From positions 1 to 64,000 of the forward strand of contig NW_027590159.1 of NCBI RefSeq assembly GCF_964213995.1: a DNA stretch of 64,000 bases. Reading direction: 5' to 3'. The translations under genes were made by a program, and so were the position numbers. The stretch comes from Mustelus asterias. Taxonomy: Eukaryota. The notes below the pieces were generated by a model that saw only the letters and a program-made list of their open reading frames with translations, was not told the origin of the DNA and did no database searches. Below, piece by piece: positions 47,831-60,845 of the stretch; within the stretch, counting starts at the first letter, position 1; each line of letters starts with the position of its first letter.

Positions 47831-49362
47831 CACAGGGGCTGACCATGTGCAACTCCACCAAACAAAGAATATCATCAATTCTGATCCAGTTACTCAGCCC
47901 ATCCCGGCTGGACATAATCCAATCAGAATGGCGATAGATTACATACATTATACGTTCAATAAAATTAGTATCTGGGCATTATGGGGCTTTGTGATCATCT
48001 CATGGACAGGTGCCCCCATCATGATGCTTTCCAGACCCCCCTTGGGGGGGTCTTTCTTGGGCTTTCTTTGTACATCGACTCCCTTAGTTAGAAATGGGGT
48101 GGATTAAAAGTTCTCAAATGGACGTCAGCACCCTTCCTTTGTTTTAATCGAATGACCACATGGTCTGGCAACATTTCTTATTAATAATCTCTCTTTTTAA
48201 ACTCTTTTCTTCAGGATCCAATTCCAGAATTTTCCTTTTCTTTGCGTTACTTGCGTCAGGAATAAATCTTTGGACCTGACAGGAAGTTTAACCCAAGATC
48301 AATCCAACACAGGATTGGTCAGAATCATTTCACATGTGTCAAATTTTAAATAATCATTACAAATTAAAACTCTCATTCTCACATGGGTGAATTGTATCCG
48401 GATTAAAATTCCCACATGTTTAGTAAAATATACTGGAATCCTGTCTCTGGCCAGTAAATATGGCTCCAGGTTCATAACTTCTGAACAAAAAAAGGTTTTA
48501 TTGATCACACTTCCTTTTTTAAAAATCTGTTTGATTTAAATCACAGACAGAAAACCTCAAAGCTTGAAGCGTTCATCCCACAAATATCATCCACACACAA
48601 ACAGAGAAACTTAGCATGTGCTTTACAACAACAATAACCAAAATTAATTACTTAAGCGTTCTTGTGATCCTGTTTTAAACTCCCAAAAATGCCTTTAATT
48701 AAAGACTCAAGATCAGGTTAATTCTCCAGAAAGATAAACCTGAACAAATGTAGCCCAAAACAATGATAAAACACATCTACAAACATCCACATAAAACAAA
48801 CAAAACACACAGATTCTCACAGCTCGTAAATTTCAAACAATGAATCCTCAGCATTCTCTCTCGCAGCTGGAGCTTCTTAAAGCGACAGAGCACTACAAGC
48901 TCACAACTCCTTGATTAAAATAAGATCCAAGATCCTTCATGATAACTTCACCTTTTTTAAGCTAACCTACAATGACTGATTTTAGAGGCAACATCTTGTC
49001 TTTGGTGATCTAAAATCCCAAACACATTACCACCAGCAAAATCTTTGTTCTTTATCTGGGGATAAAACTCTCAGTTATTCCAAATTCCTCCAGGCTATGC
49101 TTAATATTTCCACAATTAACTTATTCCCAGAAATCCTCAATTATAAACTAAAACAGACACATGAATTTCCGGGCAGTCACAGGAATATGGTCAAGATAGT
49201 CCAGTCCCACAATGCCTCACATTCAATCTGCAGTCCTTCAATTATAACAGAATATGTGGCTGTATGTAGCTGCCTTGGCCATGGTCAACCCCAAGGGTGC
49301 CTTCTTGAACTGTTGCAATACCTAAGGTGTACCTACACCCACAGTGCTGTTAGGAAGGGACT

Positions 49363-50880
49363 TCCAGTTACTGAGAGAGACAAGAGATGAAATTGCTGGG
49401 CCTCTAACAGAAATCTTTGTTTCTTCATTGGACACAGGTGAGGTCCCAGAGGATTGGAGAATAGCAAATGTGGTCCCGTTATTTAAGAAGGGTAGCAAGG
49501 ATAACCCGGGTAATTATAGGCCAATGAGCTTGACGTCCGTGGTAGGGAAATTGTTGGAGAAGATTCTTAGAGATAGGATCTGTACACATTTAGAACTGAA
49601 TAATCTCATTAGCGACAGACAACATGGTTTTGTGCGAGGGAGGTCATGCCTCACAAATTTGGTTGAGATTTTTGAGGAGGTGACAAAAAGGACTGACGAG
49701 GGAAGGGCCGTGGATGTCGTCTGCATGGATTTTAGTAAAGCATTTGACAAGGTCCCTCATGGCAGGCTGGTGCAAAAGGTTAAATCTCACGGGATCAAAG
49801 GCAAACTAGCGAGATGGGTACAGAACTGGCTTGGCCATAGAAGACAGAGGGTAGCAGTGGAGGGGTCTTTTTCTGATTGGAGGTCTGTGACTAGTGGTGT
49901 TCCACAGGGCTGTGTACTGGGACCTCTGCTGTTTGTGATATATACAAATGATTTGGAAGAAGATGTAGCTGGTCTGATTAGTAAGTTTGCGGACAACACA
50001 AAGATTGCTGGAGTTGCGGATAGTGATGAACATTGTCAGAGAATTCATCAGGATGTAGATAGGCTGGAAAATTGGACGGAGAAATGGCAGATGGAATTTA
50101 ATCGAGATAAATGCGAAGTGATGCATTTTAGTAGATCTAATGCAGGGGAGCTATACAATAAATGGCAGAACCATCAGGAGTATAGACACGCAGAGGGATC
50201 TCGATGTGCAAGTCCACAGAATCTTAAAGGTGGCAACACAGGTGGAAAGGGGGGTGAAGAAGGCATATGGCATGCTTGCTATTATTGGGTGGGGCATAGA
50301 GTATAAAAGTTGGCACATGATGTTGCAGTTATATAGAACATTGGTTCGGCCACATTTGGAATACTGCGTCCAGTTCCAGTCACCACACGACCAGAAGGAC
50401 GTGGAGGCTTTGGAGAGAGTATAGAAAAGGTTTACCAGGATGTTGCCTGGCATGGAGGGTATTCGCTATGAGGAGAGATTGAGTAAACTAGGGTTGTTCT
50501 CCCTGGAAAGACAGAGGTTGAGGGGCGGTCTAATAGAAGTTTATAAAATTATGAAGGGCATAGATAGGGTGAACAGTTGGAAGCTTTTTCCCAGGTCAGA
50601 AATGACAAACACAAGGGGTCACAAGTTCAAGGTAAGGGGGGCAAGGTTCAATACAGATATGCGGGGGACGTATTTTACACAGAGGGTGGTGGGGGCCTGG
50701 AATGTTCTACCAAGCAAGGTGGTTGAGGCAGACATGCTAGGATCATTTAAGACTTATCTCGATAGCCACATGAACAGACTGGGAATAGAGGGATACAAAC
50801 GGATGGTCCAGTTAGGAGCGCATGATCGGTGCAGGCTTGGAGGGCCGAAGGGCCTGTTCCTGTGCTGTATTGTTCTTTGT
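49363..50880 (+). mobile_element. CR1-clade LINE, RT and 3' end, with frameshifts
   Basis: VPEDWRIANVVPLFKKG...DFSKAFDKVPH...SGVPQGCVLGPLLF...KFADNTK; 3' tail TGTTCTTTG. Confidence 0.95.
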
Positions 50881-51402
50881 ACATATTCCAGACTTTCACT
50901 AGACTGTAGGTGGATATCAGATTGATATATTTCATTCAACCACACCCAAGGTGAGTTATTCCAATTCCTTTATTGTCCAGGACAATATATTCACAATATC
51001 TTTAAAACAGAAGTTAAACATTCCCATTTGATTTCAGACAGTAACATATTCTATTAGTTTGTTCTTTATTGTCGATGTCAGGCTGGGGTTGTTCTCCTTG
51101 GAGCAAAGGAGGTTGAGGGGAGATTTGATAGAGGTGGACAAGATTCTGACAGGTTTAGATAAGGTGGACAAAGAAAAGCTGTTCCTATTAGCTGATGGGA
51201 CAAGGACGAGGGGGACACAGATTTCTTGTTTTGGGTCAGAGATGCAAGGGATGGGGCGGCGGCGGGGGGGGGGGGGTGGATGTGAGGAAGAATATTCTGA
51301 TGCAGCGAATGGTAATGACCTGAAACTCGCTGCCTACGAGGGTGGAGGAAGTGGAGAAAATAAACAATTAAAAAGGAAATTGGATGGACATCTGGGATGT
51401 TC

Positions 51403-52800
51403 CAAACAGAACAAAGAAAATTACAGCACAGAAACAAGCCCTTTGGCCCTCCAAGCCTGCAGCAACCATGCTGCCCGTCTGAACTAAAACCCCCTCCCCT
51501 TCCGGGGATCATATCCCTCTATTCCTCTGCTATTCATATATTTGTCAAGACACATCTTAAAAGTCACTATCATATCTGCTTCCACTACCTTCCCCGGCAA
51601 CGAGTTCCAGGCACCCACCACCCTCTGTGTAAAAAAACCTGCCTTGTACATCTCCTTTAAACCTTGCCCCTCGCACCTTAAACCTGTCTCCCTAGTAATT
51701 GACTCTTCCACCCTGGGAAAAAGCTTCTGATTATCCACTCTGTCCATGTCCCTCATAATCTTGTAGACTTCTATCAGGTCGCCCTCTTCAACCTCCATCG
51801 CTCCAGTGAGAACAAACCAAGTTTCTCCAACCTCTCCTCATAGCTAATGCCCTACACACCAGGCAACATCCTGTTAAATATTTTCCGTACCCTCTCCAAA
51901 GCCTCCACATCCTTCTGGCAGTGTGGTGACCAGAATTGAACACGAGGTTCCAAGTGTGGTCTAACTAAGGTTCGATAAAGCTGCAACATGACTTGCCAAT
52001 TTTTAAACTCAATCATAGAAATCATAGAAACCCTACAGTGCAGAAGGAGGCCATTCGGCCCATCGAGTCTGCACCGACCACATTCCCATCCAGGCCCTAC
52101 CCCCACATATTTTACCCGCTAATCCCTCTAACCTACACATCCCAGGACTCTAAGGGGCAATTTTCTTAACATGGCCAATCTAACCCGCACATCTTTGGAG
52201 TGTGGGTGGAAACCGGAGCACCCGGAGGAAACCCACGCAGACACGAGGAGAATGTGCAAACTCCACACAGACAGCGACCCGAGCCGGGAATCGAACCCGG
52301 AACCCTGGAGCTGTGAAGCAGCAGTGCTAACCACTGTGCTACCGTGCATGTCCCGGCCGATGAAGGCAAGCATGCCGTATGCCTTCTTGATGACCTTCTC
52401 CACCTGCATTGCCACTTTCAATGACCTGTGTACCTGTACACCCAGATCCCTCTGCCTATGAATACTCTTAAGGGTTCTGCCATTTACTGTATATTTCCCA
52501 TCTGTATTAGACCTTCCAAAATGCATTACCTCACATTTGTCCGGATTAAACTTCATCTGCCATCTCTCCGCCCAAGTCTCCAACTGCTCTATATCCTGCT
52601 GTATCCTCTGCCGGTCCCCATCGCTATCCGCAATTCCACCAACCTTTGTGTCGTCCACAATCTTACCAATCAAACCAGTTACATTTTCCTCCAAGTCATT
52701 TATATATATTACAAACAGCAAAAGTCCCAGCACTGATCCCTGAGGAATGTCACTTGTCACAGCCCTCCATTCAGAAATGTATCTTTGCACTGCCAACTTC
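51403..52800 (-). mobile_element. CR1-clade LINE 3' part with a nested SINE (52012-52346)
   Basis: IPQGSVLGLLLFVIYINDL...DDTK...FFTQRVVGAWN; the SINE interrupts between AFIGRD and IEFKNWQ. Confidence 0.9.
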
Positions 52801-53047
52801 TGTTTTCTTCTGACTAAATATCTCTAAACTTCCTGACACCCTGTCACTCTGTGATCCTTATGACATTTGAAACCAGCTATTCGCAAAAAGACTCAAAGAG
52901 CATCAGCCCACTGGAGGCTGAGACCAGCCAGTCCAGCACAAAGAAACCCTCTGACCCTTCCCATTGACCAACTGTGAGAATGAACAAAATGCAGTCCTGG
53001 AGGCAACTGAGAGCAGAAACAATGACAGCAGAATCCAACCCCTGTCA

Positions 53048-54737
53048 TCACTCGTGAACTTGCTGGTGTCTCAGCAGCTCGGATGAAACTCTGAATCCCT
53101 TCCCACATACAGAGCAGGTGAACGGCCTCTCCCCAGTGTGAACTCGCTGGTGTCTCTGCAGGTTGGATAACTGAGTGAATTCTTGCCCACACTGAGAGCA
53201 GGTGAACGGCGTCTCCCCTGTGTGAACTCGCTTGTGTGTTTGCAGGTTGGATAGTTGAGTGAATCCCTTCCCACACACACAGCAGGTAAACGGCCTCTCC
53301 CCAGTGTGAACTCGCTGGTGTGTCCGCAGGCTGGATAACTGAGTGAATCCCTGCCCACACTGAGAGCAGATGAATGGTCTCTCCCCAGTGTGAACTCGCT
53401 GGTGTGCCCGCAGGTCGGATGACCGAGTGAATCCCTTCCCACACTCAGAGCAGGTGAACGGCCTCTCCCCAGTGTGAACTCGCTGGTGTGACTGCAGGCT
53501 GGATAACTGAGTGAATCCGTTTCCACACTGAGAACAGGTGAATGGCCTCTCCCCAGTGTGAACTCGCTGGTGTGTCTGCAGATTGGATGACCGAGTGAAT
53601 CCCTTCCCACACTGAGAGCAGGTGAATGGGGGTTTCTCCCCAGTGTGAACTCGCTGGTGTGTCTGCAGGTGGGATGACAGAGTGAATCCCTTTCTACACT
53701 GAGAGCAGGTGAACGGTCTCTCCCCAGTGTGAACTTGCTGGTGTCTCTGCAGATTGGATGGCCGAGTGAATCCCTTCCCACACTGAGAGCAGGTGAATGG
53801 GGGTCTCTCCCCAGTGTGAACTCGCTGGTGTGCCTGCAGGCTGGATGACTGAGTGAATCCTTCCCCACACTGAGAGCAGGTGAATGGCCTCTCCCCAGTG
53901 TGAACTCGCTGGTGTGCCCGCAGGTTGGATACCTGAGTGAATCCCTTCCCACACTGAGAGCAGGTGAATGGCCTCTCCCCAGTGTGAACTCGCTGGTGTC
54001 TCTGTAGGCTGGATAACTGAATGAATCCCTTCCCACACTGAGAGCAGGTAAATGGCCTCTCCCCAGTGTGAACTCGCTGGTGTGTCTGCAGGTGGGATGA
54101 CCGACTGAATCCCTCCCCACACTGAGAGCAGGTGAACGGCCTCTCCCCAGTGTGAACTCGCTGGTGTGTCAGCAGGCTGGATAAATGAGTGAATCCCTTC
54201 CCACATTGAGAGCAGGTGAACGGCCTCTCCCCAGTGTGAACTCGCTGGTGTATCAGCAGGCTGGATAAATGAGTGAATCCCTTCCCACATTGAGAGCAGG
54301 TGAATGGCCTCTCCCCAGTGTGAACTCGCTGGTGTGTCTGCAGGTGGGATGACTGAGTGAATCCCTTCCCACACTGCGAGCAGGTGAATGGCCTCTCTCC
54401 AGTGTGAACTCGCTGGTGTGACTGCAGGCTGGATAAATGAGTGAAGTCCTTCTCACACTGAGAGCAGGTGAACGGCCTCTCTCCAGTGTGAACTCGCTGG
54501 TGTATCTGCAGGCTGGATAACCGAGTGAATCCCTTCCCACACTGAGAGCAGGTAAATGGCCTCTCTCCAGTGTGAACTCGCTGGTGTCTCTGCAGGTTGG
54601 AAACCTGACTGAATCCCTTCCCACCACGGAGAGCAGATGAACGGCCTCTCTCCAGTGTGGCTGCGCCGATGAGTTTCCAGCTCTGATGGGGTTCCGTATC
54701 CCTTCCCACAGTCCACACATTTCCATGGTTTCTCCAT
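53048..54737 (-). pseudogene. KRAB-less C2H2 zinc-finger gene (~20 fingers) with a +1 frameshift in finger 2
   Basis: ATG GAG AAA CCA TGG AAA TGT start at 54737. TGC TCT CCG TGG TGG GAA shifts frame near 54625; 18 intact fingers follow in another frame. Intron 55453-55089 with donor CATTT|gtgagt. Confidence 0.8.
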
Positions 54738-55789
54738 GGTGCAGGTGTCCTTACCTCTCTCTTGAGTGGACAATTAGTTGAAACTTCGTCCACACACAGA
54801 ACAAGATTACAGTCTCTACCCGCTGTGAATGGTGTGATATTTATTCAGACTGTGTAACTGGTTAAAGCTCTTTAGTCAGTGCATTGGAACACACTCACTC
54901 GAGTGTGGCAGTGTGTTGATGCATTTTCACTCACACTGACATTTCAAATCTTTTCAAATCGACAGACTGGACAATCATTTCTCCTTCTGGATTCAAAGTC
55001 CGATGATATTCAGCTCCCAAGGAATATGACTCTATCAGATCGAGACGTGACGTTTGAGATTTCAGCCTGTGATTCCTCTTTCAATGTCCTGTAAAATGAG
55101 TTTACAAAAGTCATCAGTGTCAGTACAGGATAGAAATTCAGAACAGACAATTTCGTTGGAACATAGAACATAGAACAGTACAGCACAGAACAGGCCCTTC
55201 GGCCCACGATGTTGTGCCGAGCTTTATCTGAAACCAAGATCAAGCTATCCCACTCCCTATCATCCTGGTGTGCACATTCTTTCCTCTCTCATTCCCGAAA
55301 AGCTGAAAAGAGAGAGAGACCTGGGCCAACCTTTCCAGAGTCTGCACCCTCCCTGGATTCACTTCCTTTCCCTTCAGTTGCTGCAAGTCCCCAATTTCCC
55401 CCAGAATGAGAAAAGAAATGGAAAGGGGGTTGAAAAGAAAGTGTTTCACTCACAAATGTTGGCCTCTTTTAAGGGTAGGAAGTTTGAGTCTGTCTGAAGA
55501 TCAATCTTCATTCACACAAAGCCCGCGCTCAGATTAGAACAAGAACAACAAAGAACAAAGAACAATACAGCACAGGAACAGGCCCTTCGGCCCTCCAAGC
55601 CCGCGCCGCTCCCCGGTCCAGGATTGAATCCTGAATCCAGGATCCCCGCCCAATTTTCCAGCCTATCTACATCCTAATATCCTATCCACCGAGCTGTCCC
55701 TCACAACCTATTAACTCACCCCCACCCCCCCATTCCAGACCATGTGATCTCCAGGGAGAGGCGAAAACCGAGAGTGAAAAGAATTACCT

Positions 55790-56200
55790 GGAAGACCAGA
55801 GTCCTTCCGGTCCTCCAACTCTTCCCATTGGTCAACACCTCAGCATGGAGATCAGAGGGTGGGCTCTCCCCAGCACATGCGCAGCTTCCCCTCTCCCTCG
55901 CACATTTTGCAGTCCCGGGCCAGGGGGAGCTCACCGAGCGGCTTCTCGCTCCAGCCGGAGCCATCAGCCGGTTGCCTGGAAACCTTGGCTCCAGTCGGTG
56001 CAGGGGGAGGGGAACAATGGGTGGGGGCGGGGCTCCCGGGTCCACGTGCTCGGGCCTGCGCACTGGAACCCGGAGACATCACCGCGGAGCAGAGTGATTC
56101 CTATTGGCTGATTCAGGCAGGGCTCTATCGTGGCGTCACAATGTGGATGTTGTCCAATGAGCTTCAGAGTGAAACTTCCACCTCTGGGCAACATCTGGGA
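55790..56200. promoter_or_regulatory. Second bidirectional ZNF-type promoter; the right arm leads to a decayed exon 1/intron 1 (56140-56395)
   Basis: CTTCCGGTCCTCCAACTCTTCCCATTGGTC, GCACATGCGCA, GC box and ATTGG. 56210-56395 is homologous to ZNF intron 1 at 42140-42340. Confidence 0.75.
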
Positions 56201-56397
56201 GGAAATCAATGTTTCCCCCTTTCCATTTCTTTTCTCATTCTGGGGGAAATTGGGGACTTGCAGCAAATGAATTCGGTCTGTCTATACCACACATTTTTAC
56301 TCCAGTAATGTAGACATTTATCTGTCTGGCAGCCTGCATGGAAATTTTCAGCTCTCTGCGTCCAGGACAGGAAGCAGTGAGCATGGATCTGTCAATC

Positions 56398-56787
56398 ACA
56401 CATGAGGACGGCCTCAACCGGGATCTTGGGTTCATGACACACTATCTGTAACCCCCACGACTTGCCTGGGCTTGCAAAATCTCACTAACTGTCCTGGCTG
56501 GACACAATACACATCACTTTAACCTGTGCTTAACCCTCTCTCCACTCACATTGTCTGTGCCTTTAAGACTTGATTACCTGTAAATTCGCATTCCAACCAT
56601 TATCTTGTAAATTGAGTTTGTGTCTTTATATGCCCTGTTTGTGAACAGAACTCCCACTCACCTGATGAAGGGGCAGCGCTCCGAAAGCCTGTGGCTTATG
56701 CTACTAAATTAACCTGTTGGATTTTAACCTGGTGTTGTGAGATTACTTACTGTGCTTACCCCAGTCCAATGCCGGCATCTCCACACT
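56398..56787 (+). mobile_element. Penelope-like element 3' end (GIY-YIG C-terminus plus pseudo-LTR)
   Basis: THEDGLNRDLGFM motif, then CACCTGATGAAGGGGCAGCGCTCCGAAAGC and TTTAACCTGGTGTTGTGAGA. Confidence 0.8.
56655..56695 (+). ncRNA. Minimal hammerhead ribozyme core in Penelope pseudo-LTR
   Basis: CTGATGA - stem II (GGGGC/GCTCC) - GAAA. Confidence 0.6.
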
Positions 56788-57214
56788 CTGAGTGGAAACA
56801 GAGACAAGTAGGAGAGGCCGGAGGTGAGGAGAGAGATTTAATACATCTACAACTCAACAGGAACTTGGACAGAATTTCCAAACCCTGTGAACACCATCAG
56901 CTCCAAGTTCCTCTCCAACCCACACACCATCCTGACTTGTCTGACATCCAGTACTGAAAGAACAGAAATTTATTTCATATAAATACTGGGAAGACTGAAC
57001 CCATTGTGTTCAGTCCCCACTACAAACTCCACTCCCTCACCAACAACTTTATCTCTCCTCCTGGCAACTGTCTGAGGCTGAACCAGGCTGTTCACAACCA
57101 GGGTGAAATAGTTCATCCCAAGACGAGCTTCCAGCCACATGTCCACATCATCATCAAGACCACCTTCATTCATAGAAGCATTAATAGTAATTAATTAATA
57201 ATAATGAATAATAA

Positions 57215-57512
57215 AGTACAGTGTAGAAGGAGGCCATTCAGCCCATCGAGCCTGCACCGACAACAATCCCATCCAGGCCCTATCCACATATTTACCTGTT
57301 AATCCCCCTGATACCAAGTGGCAATTTATCATGGCCAATCCGTCTAACCGGCACATCTTTGGACTGTGGAAGGAAACCGGAACACCCGGAGGAAACCCCC
57401 ACAGACACGGGGAGAATGTAGAAACTCTGCACAGACAGGGACCCGAGGCTGGAATTGAACCCGGGTCCCTGGCGCTGTTAGGCAGCTGCACTAACCACTG
57501 TGCCACCGGGCC
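57215..57512 (-). mobile_element. Shark SINE (another copy at 58700-59022, minus strand)
   Basis: Reverse complement GTGGCACAGTGGTTAGTGCAGCTGCC...GGTTCAATTCC...GATGGGCTGAATGGCCTCC. Confidence 0.8.
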
Positions 57513-57879
57513 ACATGTCAGTGCCATCGCCCGACTCCAGCCCAGTCTCAGCTCATCTGGAACCCTCACCCATTCCATTGTGACGTCACACTCTCACCCA
57601 TTCCATTGTGACGTCACACTCTCACCCATTCCATTGTGACGTCAGGGCTTCCCTCTCCGATCACAATCCCTGCCGGCCTCCCACATGCAGCCTCAATGGC
57701 GGCAGTCAGCCCGGGTCTAACACTACAAGCTGCCGCTCCATTTGGTACAAAGGGGGGGACCGGGAAGTTCATTTCCGGGGTTTGGGTTTGAACAACATGT
57801 TGACAAAGTCTCTCCACCCACCCGCCACATTTATCATTCCCCGCACGCCGCCCTCTACCTCGTATTGATCTCGCTTCCA

Positions 57880-58130
57880 AGTTAAAACCAACCGTCTGTC
57901 CGTCGCCATTACCCGCACTGCGCATGCTTCAGGTCCCGCCCCTCATTCACTCTGATTGGTCGGAGGACCAGCCGCTCCCGCTCAGTCCTCCAGCCCCGCC
58001 CCCTCTTCCTATTGGTCCGGAGCTGCCGTCAATCAGTCCCCGGGCATTGTGATGTGGAGCATGCGCAGTGTCATTGCTGTCCTTGGCGCTTGTTTGTCCC
58101 GGAGAAGCGGAGTCAGCGTTAGGCGGTGGC
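57880..58130 (+). promoter_or_regulatory. CpG promoter (NRF1-like TGCGCATGC, CCAAT and GC boxes), probably of the ZNF relic at 59.7-60.2 kb
   Basis: TGCGCATGC, CCCGCCC, CTGATTGG, CTATTGG and GCATGCGCA clustered in 250 bp. Confidence 0.6.
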
Positions 58131-59739
58131 TGGGAGGATTTGGAAACACTTTGTGGATCCGCAAACCCTTCAGAATCATTGTCAGCTCCCTGGTTTGCAG
58201 CTGCGGGGCTTCTCCCTCCCTCCCTCCCGGGAACAGGCCCAGGTTAACGGCCCCATCCTGGCTCAGCCACTGGAGGATGGTTCACATCAGAGGATGGGGG
58301 AGGGGGACAATAAATAAGAGGTTACACTTTGGCCTCAAATCAATGAGGACTCTGATCTCTGGGAAGGAAGGAAACCCTGGGAGGTGGGCGGGGAGGATTC
58401 ACAAACACCCGCTGGAGGCCCCAACACCCCCAGTAAAAAGCTGCAGCTCCCGGGTTTGCAGCTTTTTCTCGGGAGGGAGTTGGGGAAGTTTAGTGGAGAC
58501 AATTCCCGGCTGGTTCAGTTAGTGGTTCCTGGAGCTCAGAAACCCTGAGATAGAATCCTGAACCCCACACTGGATGGTTGTTTTATTAAATACTTTTTAT
58601 TTATTAATCATCTGTTGAAGAAAATATTAATTTGTTTTGAAAAATCATTTTATAGCATTTGTGAAAATACCCATTGAAATAGCAATTCTCCCAATGTATT
58701 TCATAGAATCCCTACAGTGCTGAAGGAGGTTATTCGGCCCATCGAGTCTGCACCGACAACAATCACACCTATGCTCTATTCCCACATGTGTAACCTGCTA
58801 ATCCCTCTTAACCTACTCATCCCAGGACACTAAGGGGCAATTTAGCATGGCCAATGCACCTAACTGGCATTTCTTTGGACGATAGGAGGAAACTGGAGCA
58901 TCTGGAGAAAACCCACACAGACATGGGGAGAACGGGCAGACTCCACACGGGCAGTGACCCAAGTTGGGAATCGAACCCAGGTCCCTGGAGCTGTGAGGCA
59001 GCAGTGCAAACCACTGTGCTGCCTTCATTGCTGATGAGAATTTTAATTTACTGACTTGGGAATTAATTCTCGGGAATAGTCATTCTGAAAATGACCATTA
59101 AAATGTGTTTAATTTACCGCATAATTGCAGATTTCAGTTTGCATTTCAAAATTGAATTGAGAATGTCTGGGAGCAAATGGTAAAATGAGGTTTGAAACAC
59201 CAGCTGCAATTATTTTCTGTGACTGATGATACCTTTGTGCCTGTGCAGGAGGTAATTCCCCTGCTGTTGTGGCACAAATAAAATGGAGCCTTTCCTCGGA
59301 ACAGGCCCATGTTAATGGTCACCGTGGTGTTTCATTGGTGAGCAGAGCACATGTGCCCATTGTGGTAACAACAGAGTCAGTGGGGCTGCACGTCCCTGAC
59401 TTGGAAGGAAAATAATTGACTCCTTGATTGTACTCTCAATCTGCACATGGTCTGGAGGACTGAATCCAGCTGGAGGGAGAGGGAGCTGGGCTCAGAGTGG
59501 AGATGGGGCAATGAGTTTGATTTCAGCTCAGGGACAAGAGAGAGTGTGTGGGATGGGGATCACAGCTCAAGATAAATGAAATAGAGAAATGTTTCGTGGA
59601 AACTGAAATTGTTCTGAATTAGTTTTTTAAAATTCTTTTTGCGGGGAACTTGATGAGGAAGATTCACAGACAGGAAACTCAAACTAAACTTCAGATCAAA
59701 GTCTGACAGAGCCATTCGATTCATCATGACCTAAATATG

Positions 59740-60170
59740 ATTGCTTTTGACAGTGGAGGGAGAAGTCATTCCCTGTTTTGTCAATGGGAGAACATTTCAA
59801 AATTCAACCTGGAGAGACACAAGGACTCTGGCACCATGGAGAAACAGTGGAAATGGGAGGATTGTGGGAAGGGATTCAATTACCCATCTGCACTGAAAAC
59901 TCATCAATGCAGTCACACTGGGGTAGAGGCTGTTCAGTTGTGCTGACTGTGGGAAGGGATTCACTCAGTCATCTGCTCTGCAGAAACAGCAAGTTCACAC
60001 TGGAGAGAGACCATTCACCTGCTCTGAGTTTGGGAAAGGATTCACTGAGTCATCATCTGTGGAGAAACCAGAGAGTTCATCTTGGTGAGAGGCCATTTAC
60101 TGGCACTCAGTGTGGGAGCAAAAGAATGATTCAACCCCTGTTGAGACATTATGGCAATCACTCAGATTAG
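59740..60170 (+). pseudogene. Degenerate C2H2 zinc-finger pseudogene
   Basis: [29 protein letters not shown] followed by frameshifted finger remnants. Confidence 0.8.
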
Positions 60171-60380
60171 ACACATTATCTGCTCCAACTCTGGGTGTTA
60201 ACTAAATTATTTGAGATTAAATATATACAAATGGAGGGCATTGATTGGACGAGTGCAAATAAAGAGACACTGTCACAGAGTGGAGTTGGGAGGTATGTAC
60301 TTGTAATGTTTTACTCTGCAAATAAATCTATTCCAAATAAAGGTTAGCTTCAGTTTCTTCCTTCACCATAATGCTGTCAT

Positions 60381-60845
60381 AATTGCCCCCCCCCGAATTG
60401 CCCCCCCCCGAATTGCCCCCCCCCGAATTGCCCTCCCCCGAATTGCCCCCCCCGAATGCCCCCCCCCCGAATGGCCCCCCCCCCCCCGAATGGCCCCCCC
60501 CCCCCGAATGGCCCCCCCCCCCCGAATTGCCCGCCCCCGAATTGCCCGCCCCCGAATTGCCCCCCCCGAATTGCCCCCCCCCGAATTGCCCGCCCCCGAA
60601 TTGCCCCCCCCCGAATTGCCCCCCCCCCGAATGGCCCCCCCCGAATGGCCCCCCCCCCGAATGGCCCCCCCCCCCCGAATGGCCCCCCCCCCCCGAATTG
60701 CCCGCCCCCGAATTGCCCGCCCCCGAATTGCCCCCCCCCCGAATTGCCCCCCCCCGAATTGCCCGCCCCCGAATTGCCCGCCCCCGAATTGCCCGCCCCC
60801 GAATTGCCCGCCCCCGAATTGCCCGCCCCCCGAATTGCCCCCCCA
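60381..60845. repeat. ~15-bp C-rich minisatellite (GAATTGCCCCCCCCC / GAATGGCCCCCCCC)n
   Basis: About 30 tandem units; the overlapping Pro-/Gly-rich ORFs are artefacts. Confidence 0.95.

Noticed and set aside
47850-49250. Possible additional ERV/LTR internal region
   Set aside because: AT-rich with no recognisable coding motif, PBS or paired LTR; insufficient evidence.
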